Source of the DNA: Phycisphaerae bacterium | Lineage (GTDB): Bacteria; Planctomycetota; Phycisphaerae; JAJVII01 | NCBI GenBank assembly: GCA_022072085.1 | Contig: JAJVII010000014.1 | Span: 67,182-131,181, forward strand | Direction: 5' to 3' | DNA: 64,000 nt | In this document: one piece after another, positions 1-7,947 of the stretch | Numbering within the stretch: the stretch's first letter is position 1 | How the letters are laid out: the number at the start of each line of letters is the position of its first letter | Position numbers and translations under genes: made by a program | Notes under the pieces: generated by a model | The model's database searches: none | The model's input: only the letters and a program-made list of their open reading frames with translations | What the model was told of the DNA's origin: nothing

Positions 1-1
1 C

Positions 2-643
2 CTGGCTGAGCGGCTCTACCTGCCGCAGATCCTCGGCGGGCTGTGGGTGACGCTGCGCCACGTCTTCAAGCGGAAGATCACCGTCCAGTATCCCGAGCAG
101 CGCCGGTCGATGTATCGCGACAATTATCGCGGCGTGCACCGGCTGAACAAAGACGCCCAGGGCCGCGTCAAGTGCGTCGCCTGCTTCATGTGCGAGACGG
201 CCTGCCCGGCCCACTGCATCCACATCGTCGGGGCCGAGTCCCCCTGGCCCGACCGCGAAAAGTACCCCGTCCGGTTTGACATCGACGAGCTGCGCTGCAT
301 CTACTGCGGCATGTGCGAGGAGGCCTGCCCCGTCGACGCGATCGAGCTGACCCCGCTGCACGACATGGTCGGCCAGTCGCGCGCCGAGATGGTCTTCGAC
401 AAGGAGAAACTGCTCGGCGTCTTCGACCAGACCCGCGACCTCAAGCCGCCCAAGAACCCGCGGATCGTCGGCTACGCCATCGACAACCCCGACTACCAGC
501 TCGGCGAAGGCCCCGGGCGCGTGCCGCTCACCCCTCCGCTATCGCCCAAGAGCAGGGGTCAGGGGTCAGGGGGCAGGGGCCAGTCGGAATCCGTCCCGGC
601 CCCCGACCCCCGAGCCCTGCCCCCCGGGAAGGAGAGCCGATGA
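2..643 (+). CDS. nuoI: NADH-quinone oxidoreductase subunit I (5' end outside window)
   Basis: Frame is open from the window edge (LAERLYLPQILGGLWVTLRHVFK...). Two CxxCxxCxxxCP 4Fe-4S ferredoxin motifs (CVACFMCETACP, CIYCGMCEEACP). Followed by nuoJ-K-L-M-N. Stop TGA at 641-643. Confidence 0.9.
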   Translation: MAERLYLPQILGGLWVTLRHVFKRKITVQYPEQRRSMYRDNYRGVHRLNKDAQGRVKCVACFMCETACPAHCIHIVGAESPWPDREKYPVRFDIDELRCIYCGMCEEACPVDAIELTPLHDMVGQSRAEMVFDKEKLLGVFDQTRDLKPPKNPRIVGYAIDNPDYQLGEGPGRVPLTPPLSPKSRGQGSGGRGQSESVPAPDPRALPPGKESR

Positions 644-1551
644 TCGCCTCCTCCCTGATCTTCTATGTCCTGGCAGCGCTGGGGGCCCTGAGCGTCTACT
701 GCCTCATGCCGTCAGCCGGCTATCGCCTCACGCGCGGGCGGCGGGCGCTGGGCACGATCCTGGGCGCCGCCGCCCTGGCCGGCCTGATCGTCTGGCTCAT
801 CGGCCTGCGGCAGGTGAAGGCCCTCATGCCGGCCGACGAGCCGCTTGTCGGGCCCTTCTTCTACCTCTTTGCCGCGGTCGCCATCGCGTCGGCGGTCCGC
901 GTCGTTGTCCACCCCAGGCCGGTCTACTCAGCGCTCTACTTTGTGCTGACGGTGCTGGCGGTCGCGGGCGTGCTGCTGCTGGCCGGCGGGGAGTTCCTGG
1001 CCATCGTGCTGATCATCATCTACGCCGGGGCGATCATGGTGACCTACGTCTTCGTCATCATGTTGGCCCAGCAGGCCCACAGCGGCGACCTGGCCGGGTC
1101 GGCCAGCTATGACGTGCGGACCCGCCCGGCGTTTGTGCCCCTGCTGCTGGGTTTCCTGCTGCTGGCGGCCCTGGGCGGTCCCCTGAGCAGCCGAGCCAAC
1201 TGGCCCAAGCCGGAGTCGCCCGCCAGTGTGAACGCCGCCCCCGCCTTGGCCAAGCCCCTGATCGAAGATCAGGGGGCCGCCTCCGACGCTGCGGGCCCCG
1301 TGATGACCGCCGCTCCGCAGGGCAACGGCCCTGATACTGACGCGCCTGCCCCCGGCAGCATCGAGAGCATTGGCGAGGAACTGATGCACCGCCACGTGCT
1401 GGCGATCGAGCTGGCCGGCGTGCTGCTGCTGGTGGCGATCGTCGGTGCGGTGGCGCTGGCCAGGCGGCGCGTCGAGCCTGCGGACCTGCTCGTCGGCCCG
1501 ATCCCCGATCCCCGATCTCCGGCCCCCGGCAAGGAGGCCGCCCATGGCTAG
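640..1551 (+). CDS. nuoJ: NADH-quinone oxidoreductase subunit J
   Basis: ATG at 640 overlaps the nuoI stop (ATGA) and is preceded by GGAGAG. Hydrophobic multi-TM product (MIASSLIFYVLAALGALSVY...). Position between nuoI and nuoK. The ORF-track start at 313 is an upstream in-frame extension overlapping nuoI. Confidence 0.85.
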   Translation: MIASSLIFYVLAALGALSVYCLMPSAGYRLTRGRRALGTILGAAALAGLIVWLIGLRQVKALMPADEPLVGPFFYLFAAVAIASAVRVVVHPRPVYSALYFVLTVLAVAGVLLLAGGEFLAIVLIIIYAGAIMVTYVFVIMLAQQAHSGDLAGSASYDVRTRPAFVPLLLGFLLLAALGGPLSSRANWPKPESPASVNAAPALAKPLIEDQGAASDAAGPVMTAAPQGNGPDTDAPAPGSIESIGEELMHRHVLAIELAGVLLLVAIVGAVALARRRVEPADLLVGPIPDPRSPAPGKEAAHG

Positions 1552-1858
1552 CACGATCGGATTCGTTCACCTGCTGGTGCTGGGCTCGGCGCTGTTCGTG
1601 ACCGGGCTGGCGGGTTTCCTGGCCCGGCGGAACCTGATCCTCATGTTCCTGGCCACCGAGGTGATGTTCCAGGGCATCGTGGTGACGGCCGTCGCGTTCG
1701 GGCGGTATCACGGCCAGCTGTCTGGGCAGGCGTTCGCCCTGTTCCTGCTGATCGTCGCGGCGGTGGAGGCGGCGCTTGGCCTGGGCCTGGTGGTGCTGAT
1801 GTTCCGCCGCAGCGGCAGCCTGGACGCCGAGGCCTGGCGGACGATGCGGGAAGAATGA
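1544..1858 (+). CDS. nuoK: NADH-quinone oxidoreductase subunit K
   Basis: ATG at 1544 preceded by AAGGAGG (1531-1537). About 104-aa three-helix membrane protein (MASTIGFVHLLVLGSALFVTGLAGF...LATEVMFQG). Overlaps the nuoJ 3' end by 8 bp. Confidence 0.9.
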   Translation: MASTIGFVHLLVLGSALFVTGLAGFLARRNLILMFLATEVMFQGIVVTAVAFGRYHGQLSGQAFALFLLIVAAVEAALGLGLVVLMFRRSGSLDAEAWRTMREE

Positions 1859-1865
1859 TTCAACC

Positions 1866-1965
1866 GCAGAGACGCGAAAGACGCAAAGAGATGGAGAAGA
1901 AATTGGGTTTCAGGCGGAGATCAACAGAATCCTTTCTTCTTTGCGATCTTTGCGCCTTTGCGGTG
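1866..1965 (+). repeat. Imperfect inverted repeat (hairpin) in the nuoK-nuoL intergenic region
   Basis: Left arm about 1874-1902 (gcgaaagacgcaaagagatggagaagaaa) is approximately complementary to the right arm about 1933-1962 (tttcttctttgcgatctttgcgcctttgcg), roughly 70% with bulges. GC lower than flanks. Ends about 14 nt before the nuoL RBS. Confidence 0.5.
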
Positions 1966-1986
1966 AAGTCTTCTTAGAGGAGCGAC

Positions 1987-3864
1987 GTGAGCGATAGCCT
2001 GATCATCCTGGCGATTCCCGGCTGTGCCCTGGCAGCAGCGATGCTGATCGCCCTGCTGGGGCCCAGGCTGCTGCGCGGGCAGAGCCACTGGGTGGCGATC
2101 GCCGGGGTGGCCGGCGCGGTCGCGGCGGCGGCCCACCTGCTATATGACGCCGTTCCCGGCCTGGGCGAGGGCGGCCGGATCGCCGGCACGCTCTACCGCT
2201 GGTTCAGCGGCGACGGATTCACTGCCCGCATCGGCTACCTCTACGACCACCTGGCCGCGATCATGCTGGTCACGGTGACGGGGGTTTCGCTCTGCGTGGT
2301 CCTCTACAGCCGCGGCTACATGAAGGGCCATCGAGGCTACCCGCGCTTCTTCACCTACATCTGCCTGTTCGTCTTCTCGATGTGCACGCTGGTGCTGGCG
2401 GACAACTTCCTGCTGCTCTACCTCGGCTGGGAGGCGGTCGGCCTGTGCAGCTACCTGCTGATCGGCTTCTACTACGAGCGCCCGACCGCGTCGGCGGCCG
2501 CCCGCAAGGCGTTCGTGGTCAACCGCGTGGGCGACTTCGGCTTCGGCCTGGGCGTGCTGATGATCTGGCTGACCTTCGGCACGCTGGACTACGGGCAGGT
2601 CTTCGCCCAGGTTCCCGGCGCGTCGGCGGGGGCGCTGACGGCGATCGCCCTGCTGCTGCTGTGCGGCGCGGTGGGCAAGAGCGCCCAGCTCCCGCTGCAC
2701 GTCTGGCTGCCCGACGCGATGGAAGGCCCGTCCCCCGTGTCGGCGCTGATCCACGCCGCGACGATGGTGACCGCGGGCGTCTACATGGTCGCCCGGTCGA
2801 TGCCCATCTTCGCCCACGCCCCCGGCGTGCTGGCGGTCGTCGCGATCATCGGGGCGGCCACCGCCCTGTTCGCCGCGACCATCGCCCTGGTCAACAACGA
2901 CCTGAAGCGCGTGCTGGCCTACTCGACGATCTCGCAGCTCGGCTACATGTTCCTGGGCCTGGGCGCCGGGGCCGCGGGGGCAGCCGTCTTCCACCTGTTC
3001 ACCCACGCCTTCTTCAAGGCCCTGCTGTTCCTGGGCGCCGGCGTCGTGATGCACGCGATGGCCGACGTGCTGGACATCCGCCGCATGAGCGGACTGGCCC
3101 GCCGCCTGCCGATCACCGCGGTCGCGTTCTTCGCCGCCTGCCTGGCGCTGTCGGGCATCCCGGGGACCGCGGGGTTCTTCAGCAAGGACCAGATTCTCGC
3201 CGCGGCGTTCACCTCCCCGGGCCTGGGCCGCCTGGGCCCGGCGCTCGGCTGGGTCGGCCTGGTTACCGCGGGCCTGACGGCGTTCTACACGTTCCGGCTG
3301 TTCATGCGGGTCTTCGCCGGCCCGGACGTGCTGCCCGAGGAGACGCACGGCCACGTGCACAAGCCCAGCCCGTGGATGTGGCTGGTGCTGGTCGCGCTGG
3401 CGATACCGAGCATCGGCGCCGGCTACGTCGGCGGGTGGCTGCTGCACACGCTCGGCCTGGCCGGTCTGGCCGAGGCCCATGCCGAGCCGCACTGGCTGCT
3501 GTGGACCAGCGGCGTGGTCGCGGTCGGCTCGGCGTTCCTGGCGGTGCTGCTCTACGGCCCGGCCCGCGACTGGACGCTGGCGACCCGCGTCGACCAGACG
3601 GCCTTCTACGACTTCGTGAGCAACAAGTATTTCATAGACGAGCTGTACGACGCGGTCTTCGTCCGCCCGGCCCGGGCGCTGGGGCGGCTGTGCACGATGA
3701 TCGACGACCGCGTCATTGACAACCTCCTGCTGGGCGTCACGTGGGCCCCGCGGGGGATCGGCCGGGGGCTGCGCGCCGTGCAGCGCGGCAGCCTGGGGGC
3801 GTACGCGATGATCTTCGCCTTCGGCGCGGTCCTGCTGATGGCGGTGCTGTGGCTGCTGACGTAA
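1987..3864 (+). CDS. nuoL: NADH-quinone oxidoreductase subunit L
   Basis: GTG start at 1987 preceded by GAGGAG (1976-1981). 625-aa antiporter-like subunit with LYLGWEAVGLCSYLLIGFYYERP...FVVNRVGDFGFGLG signature region. Confidence 0.9.
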   Translation: MSDSLIILAIPGCALAAAMLIALLGPRLLRGQSHWVAIAGVAGAVAAAAHLLYDAVPGLGEGGRIAGTLYRWFSGDGFTARIGYLYDHLAAIMLVTVTGVSLCVVLYSRGYMKGHRGYPRFFTYICLFVFSMCTLVLADNFLLLYLGWEAVGLCSYLLIGFYYERPTASAAARKAFVVNRVGDFGFGLGVLMIWLTFGTLDYGQVFAQVPGASAGALTAIALLLLCGAVGKSAQLPLHVWLPDAMEGPSPVSALIHAATMVTAGVYMVARSMPIFAHAPGVLAVVAIIGAATALFAATIALVNNDLKRVLAYSTISQLGYMFLGLGAGAAGAAVFHLFTHAFFKALLFLGAGVVMHAMADVLDIRRMSGLARRLPITAVAFFAACLALSGIPGTAGFFSKDQILAAAFTSPGLGRLGPALGWVGLVTAGLTAFYTFRLFMRVFAGPDVLPEETHGHVHKPSPWMWLVLVALAIPSIGAGYVGGWLLHTLGLAGLAEAHAEPHWLLWTSGVVAVGSAFLAVLLYGPARDWTLATRVDQTAFYDFVSNKYFIDELYDAVFVRPARALGRLCTMIDDRVIDNLLLGVTWAPRGIGRGLRAVQRGSLGAYAMIFAFGAVLLMAVLWLLT

Positions 3865-3866
3865 GA

Positions 3867-3977
3867 GAACGCAGAGTGACAGAGGCGCAGAGGAAAGGCA
3901 GAGTCGGACTTGATTTGTTCTAAGAACAGGACTCCCCTCTGTGAGCCTCTGTCCCGCTCTGTCCCTCTGCGTTGTTC
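3867..3977 (+). repeat. Imperfect inverted repeat (hairpin) in the nuoL-nuoM intergenic region
   Basis: Left arm gaacgcagagtgacagaggcgcagagg... (3867-3903) against the reverse complement of 3932-3977 (gaacaacgcagagggacagagcgggacagagg...). Shares the cgcagag core with the nuoK-L element. Confidence 0.5.
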
Positions 3978-3992
3978 CGGGATTCTGAACGA

Positions 3993-5837
3993 ATGGATGC
4001 GACGCTCGCGACAACCTGGATGACCTCGGCGACGGCCGGCTGGGCGATGCTTGCCCTGATCGGCCTGCCGCTGCTGGGCGTAGCCCTGATCGCGCTGGCG
4101 TCGATTGGGCGCGAACGGAGCGACCTGCCGGGCGGCGAGGACGCCGCGTCCGGGCGGCGCGTGCCGTTCGCGATTGCGCTGGCGACCAGCCTGGTCGTGC
4201 TGCTGCTGACGGCGGCGCTGGTGGCGGCCCACCTGTGCGACCCGAAGACGCTGTCGGGCAGCCACGAGTTTGCCGTCTGCTGGTTCGTCGGCGGCGGGCT
4301 CTACAGTTCGCTCAGCCTGTCGGTCGACGGCATCAGCGTCTGGCTGATCGCCCTGACCGCGGTGCTGATGCCGCTGGCCCTGATGGGGAGTTGGCACTCG
4401 ATCCGCCGACAGTGCGGGGTCTACTACGGTCTGATGATGCTGCTGCACGCCGCGATGCTGGGCGTGTTCCTCGTGCGCGATCTGCTGTGGTTCTACATCT
4501 TCTTCGAGTTCACGCTGATCCCGCTGTTTTTCCTCATCAGCCTGTGGGGCGGCTCGCAGCGCCGCCGGGCGGCCTACAAGTTCTTCGTCTACACGCTCGC
4601 CGGTTCGATGCTGACGCTGGCCGGCGTGCTCTACCTGGGCGTCAAGGCCGGTTCGTTCGACTTCAGGCTGGTCCGCCTCACGGCGTCGAGCCTGCCGCTG
4701 CGAGAGCAGGTGATCCTGTTCCTGGCGTTCTTCGCGGGGTTCGCGATCAAGGTTCCGCTGTTCCCGTTCCATACCTGGCTGCCGTTGGCCCACACCGAGG
4801 CCCCGACCGCCGGCTCGGTTATCCTCGCCGGCGTGCTGCTGAAGCTGGGGACCTACGGCTTCCTGCGGATCGGCATCGACTTCATGCCGGCGGCGGCGCT
4901 GGCGGTCGCACCGTGGATGGGCGGGCTCGCCGTCGCGGGCATCCTCTACGGCGCTCTGGGCGCGTGGGTGCAGAGCGACGTGAAGAAACTCGTCGCCTAC
5001 AGCTCGATCTCGCACCTGGGCTTCTGCATGTTGGGCCTGTTCGCCCTGCGGCCCGAGGCCCTCACCGGCGGCATTCTGGTGATGGTCAATCACGGCCTGA
5101 GCACCGGGGCCCTGTTCCTGGTCATCGGCATGATCTATGAACGCTACCACACGCGGCAGATGAGCGAACTGGGCGGGTTGGCCCGCCGCATGCCGGTCAT
5201 CAGCTTCTTCCTCGTGCTGTTCGCGCTCTCGTCGCTGGGCATGCCGGGCCTGAATGGCTTCGTCAGCGAGTTCCTGGTCCTGCTGGGCACGTTCGTCAGC
5301 GGCCGACCGGCCGGCGGCCTGCCGGCGACGCTGGGCATTGGCTTTGCCGCGGTGGCCGCCCTGGGCGTGATTCTGTCAGCCGTCTACCTGCTGCACATGG
5401 TCCGCCAGGTGGTCTTCGGCCAGTTGAAGGAGCCCGAGGTCCACGACGAGCCCTCGGCCCGCCTGCCGGCTGACGCGACGGGCCGCGAGTGGGCGATCAT
5501 GCTCCCGCTGGGCGTGCTGGTCGTGCTTCTGGGCGTCTGGCCGATGCCGATCACGCAGTCGATCCGCGGGCCGGTGGACGAAATCCTCAGCAACGTGGCG
5601 GCGACGCAGAAGACGCAGCCCGCCGAAAGAGCAGCGGCTGGCGCGCAGAAAGCAGGCGACGAGGAGATTTCAAATTGCGAATTGAAGATTGAAAATTGCA
5701 GATTGGGGGAAGACGGCCCGGTCGCCTCTGCCAATTTGCGGTTTGAAATTTTCAATTGTCAATTTTCAATTCCCCCTCGTCCCGCCGTTGCCGCAACCCC
5801 GCGGGCGTCCCGCATTCGAGAGGATTGCGCCCCGTGA
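3993..5837 (+). CDS. nuoM: NADH-quinone oxidoreductase subunit M, with an unusual ~80-aa C-terminal extension
   Basis: Antiporter-like subunit (FYIFFEFTLIPLFFLISLWGG...WLPLAHTEAPTAGSVILAGVLLKLG). ATG at 3993 chosen; an in-frame TTG at 3972 lies inside the upstream hairpin. Frame stays open through an AT-rich repeat region to TGA at 5835-5837, which overlaps the nuoN GTG. Confidence 0.8.
   Translation: MDATLATTWMTSATAGWAMLALIGLPLLGVALIALASIGRERSDLPGGEDAASGRRVPFAIALATSLVVLLLTAALVAAHLCDPKTLSGSHEFAVCWFVGGGLYSSLSLSVDGISVWLIALTAVLMPLALMGSWHSIRRQCGVYYGLMMLLHAAMLGVFLVRDLLWFYIFFEFTLIPLFFLISLWGGSQRRRAAYKFFVYTLAGSMLTLAGVLYLGVKAGSFDFRLVRLTASSLPLREQVILFLAFFAGFAIKVPLFPFHTWLPLAHTEAPTAGSVILAGVLLKLGTYGFLRIGIDFMPAAALAVAPWMGGLAVAGILYGALGAWVQSDVKKLVAYSSISHLGFCMLGLFALRPEALTGGILVMVNHGLSTGALFLVIGMIYERYHTRQMSELGGLARRMPVISFFLVLFALSSLGMPGLNGFVSEFLVLLGTFVSGRPAGGLPATLGIGFAAVAALGVILSAVYLLHMVRQVVFGQLKEPEVHDEPSARLPADATGREWAIMLPLGVLVVLLGVWPMPITQSIRGPVDEILSNVAATQKTQPAERAAAGAQKAGDEEISNCELKIENCRLGEDGPVASANLRFEIFNCQFSIPPRPAVAATPRASRIREDCAP
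5679..5771 (+). repeat. AT-rich inverted repeat inside the 3' end of the nuoM reading frame
   Basis: Arm 5680-5700 (aattgaagattgaaaattgca) matches the reverse complement of 5750-5771 (aattgaaaattgacaattgaaa) at 18 of 21 positions. G5 at 5705-5709 and C5 at 5772-5776. Several CAATTG-like cores. Strong local GC drop. Confidence 0.6.
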
Positions 5838-7495
5838 ACAGTGATCTGGCCAACCTGACGCTCGCGCTCCTGCCGGAGATCATCCTGCTGGTCGGGGCCT
5901 GCGTGCTGGTGCTGATCTTCAGCGGCGGACGGGCAGCCGAATCGCGGATGGGGCCGGGCTGGTTCGCGCTGGTCACGGTCGTCGCGGCGGCGGGGGCCCT
6001 GATGGCCCTGCCCACGCCGGTCTACACCGACGGGGCGATCCGGCTGACCCCCATCGCGCTGTCGGCCCGTTGGGCGTCGCTGCTGGTGGGCCTGCTGCTG
6101 ATTGCCGCCAACGGGCTGCTGCCCGAGTCGCGCCCCGGGCGCGACCTGGCCGACCGGGCCGCCCCCGAATTCTTCATGATGCTCCTGGCATCGCTGGCCG
6201 GCCTGATGGTCACCGCCGTCGCCAACGACCTGATCGTCCTGCTGCTGGCGCTGGAGCTGACCAGCGTGCCGACCTACATCGCGGTCGCGCTCAGTCGCCC
6301 GCAGGCCAAGGCCACCGAGGCCGGCGGCAAGTACTTCTTCCTCGGCGCCCTCTCGGCAGCGCTGCTGCTGATGGGGCTGGCCTGGCTCTACGGCGCGACC
6401 GGGACCACGCGGCTGGACGAGATGGTGTCGCTGCCGGTGTCGCTGTCGCCGACGGCGCTGATCGCGATGGGTCTGGCGGTGGCTGGGCTGGCGTTCAAGA
6501 TCGCCGCGTTCCCCTATCACGTCTACATCGCCGACGTCTACGAAGGGTCGGCTGCGCCCCTGGCCGGCTGGCTCGCCTTCGTGCCCAAGGCTGCGGGCCT
6601 GCTCGCGCTGGGCAAGCTGCTGGTCGCGGTCGGCGGGCCGATCCTGTTGGCCGGCGGGCAGCCGGGCGGCTGGACGACCCTGCCCGCGCTCAAGTGGACC
6701 GTCTGGGGCCTGGCGGCGGCGACCATGACCGTCGGCAACGCGATGGCCCTGTGGCAGAAGAGCATCAAGCGGATGTTGGCCTACAGTTCGGTCGCCCACA
6801 GCGGCTATCTGCTGGTCGCGCTGATGATCGTGCCGGTCGACGGCCAGGCCGTCGCGCCGGCGCTGCTGTTCTACCTGCTGGCCTACGGCGTGGCCAACCT
6901 CGGCGCGTTCATGGTGCTCAGTTCCATCCGCGCGCCGGAATCTTCTCCCTCTCCCTCTCAGGGAGAGGGCCGGGGTGAGGGTTCCCGCGGCGACCGCGAA
7001 GCCGAGACCTTCGCCGACCTCGCGGGCCTGGCCCGGCGGCGCCCGGCGCTGGCGATCGCGCTGGCCGTCTTCGGCTTCTCGCTGATGGGCCTGCCGCTGA
7101 CGATGGGTTTCGTCGGCAAGCTCTACGTCTTCAGTGCGGCGCTGCGGTCGGGCGAGTTGCTGGGGGCCGCGGGTTCGGGTTACACGCTGCTGGTGATCGT
7201 CGCCCTGGTCAACGCCGCCGTCGGCGCGGGCTACTACCTGCGGATGATCGCCGCCTGCTGGCTGGGCGAGCGCGAGGGCGACGCCGCCCCGACTGTCGAA
7301 CGCACCTCGCCGCGCGGCACGGTTTCGCACGGCGCGGTCATCGCGGTGCTGGCGGCCCTGACATTGGCGTTCGGCCTGGCCCCATTCCCCCTCCAGCGCA
7401 ACCTGGAAGAGGCCCCCCGCCGCCTGGCCCCCCCGACGACTTCGGCGTCGCAGTGTCCGGCGCCCGTAGCGGCATCCGTCGCCGACGGGCGCTGA
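5834..7495 (+). CDS. nuoN: NADH-quinone oxidoreductase subunit N
   Basis: GTG at 5834 overlaps the nuoM stop (GTGA). N-terminus VNSDLANLTLALLPEIILLVGACVLVL resembles NuoN N-termini. Multi-TM antiporter-like fold with a low-complexity insertion (SPSPSQGEGRGEGSRGD). The track start at 5756 is an upstream extension across the AT-rich region. Confidence 0.85.
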   Translation: MNSDLANLTLALLPEIILLVGACVLVLIFSGGRAAESRMGPGWFALVTVVAAAGALMALPTPVYTDGAIRLTPIALSARWASLLVGLLLIAANGLLPESRPGRDLADRAAPEFFMMLLASLAGLMVTAVANDLIVLLLALELTSVPTYIAVALSRPQAKATEAGGKYFFLGALSAALLLMGLAWLYGATGTTRLDEMVSLPVSLSPTALIAMGLAVAGLAFKIAAFPYHVYIADVYEGSAAPLAGWLAFVPKAAGLLALGKLLVAVGGPILLAGGQPGGWTTLPALKWTVWGLAAATMTVGNAMALWQKSIKRMLAYSSVAHSGYLLVALMIVPVDGQAVAPALLFYLLAYGVANLGAFMVLSSIRAPESSPSPSQGEGRGEGSRGDREAETFADLAGLARRRPALAIALAVFGFSLMGLPLTMGFVGKLYVFSAALRSGELLGAAGSGYTLLVIVALVNAAVGAGYYLRMIAACWLGEREGDAAPTVERTSPRGTVSHGAVIAVLAALTLAFGLAPFPLQRNLEEAPRRLAPPTTSASQCPAPVAASVADGR

Positions 7496-7652
7496 CGGCG
7501 GATTGCACCTTCCGCAGATTTCAGATCACAGGTAGAGTGGAACCGTTGCGTGAAACTTTTCGTCGCCGGCTGCGTCTGATCTTGCATGGACCGGCGGCGG
7601 TGCAAACGTCACTCATACCCAGGCTGGCCCGTGTTGGGGGCGCCGGGGGTAA

Positions 7653-7930
7653 GAATCTATCTCAATTGCCACGCGGGTCGCGACGACGGGTATTGCGGTC
7701 GCGGCCAAGGAGTCGAGGAGGAGTCGATACGGGACGGAGTATCGTCGACGACGAGCGACGCAGGCCGCGACCGCAAGACCCGCCGTCCCGGCGGGTTGGG
7801 CCGCAAAGGGCCCGTCTGCGGCGGCGCCGCTCCTGGACGATACTCAGTCTCGTATCGACTGCGTCGCGGCTTCTTGCATCCGGGCCCTTTGCGACCCAAC
7901 GCGATCCCGTGTGGCAATTGAGATAGATTC
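7653..7930. mobile_element. MITE-like non-autonomous element: 278 bp, 25-bp terminal inverted repeats, flanking TAA direct repeats, internally palindromic
   Basis: TIR-L 7653-7677 gaatctatctcaattgccacgcggg; reverse complement of 7906-7930 is gaatctatctcaattgccacacggg (24/25). TAA at 7650-7652 and 7931-7933. Interior shows further inverted symmetry and a central hairpin cccgccg-tcc-cggcggg (7779-7795). No transposase ORF. Confidence 0.6.
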
Positions 7931-7947
7931 TAAGGCAGGGGGCCTGA

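Noticed and set aside
2140-4014. 624-aa minus-strand ORF, and the overlapping 2382-3719 plus-strand ORF
   Set aside because: Both overlap nuoL, in antisense and alternate frame respectively. Arg/Gly/Pro/Asp-rich low-complexity products. nuoL carries the real signal.
5759-7330. 523-aa minus-strand ORF, and the 6070-6978 plus-strand ORF
   Set aside because: Antisense and off-frame to nuoN. Low-complexity products.
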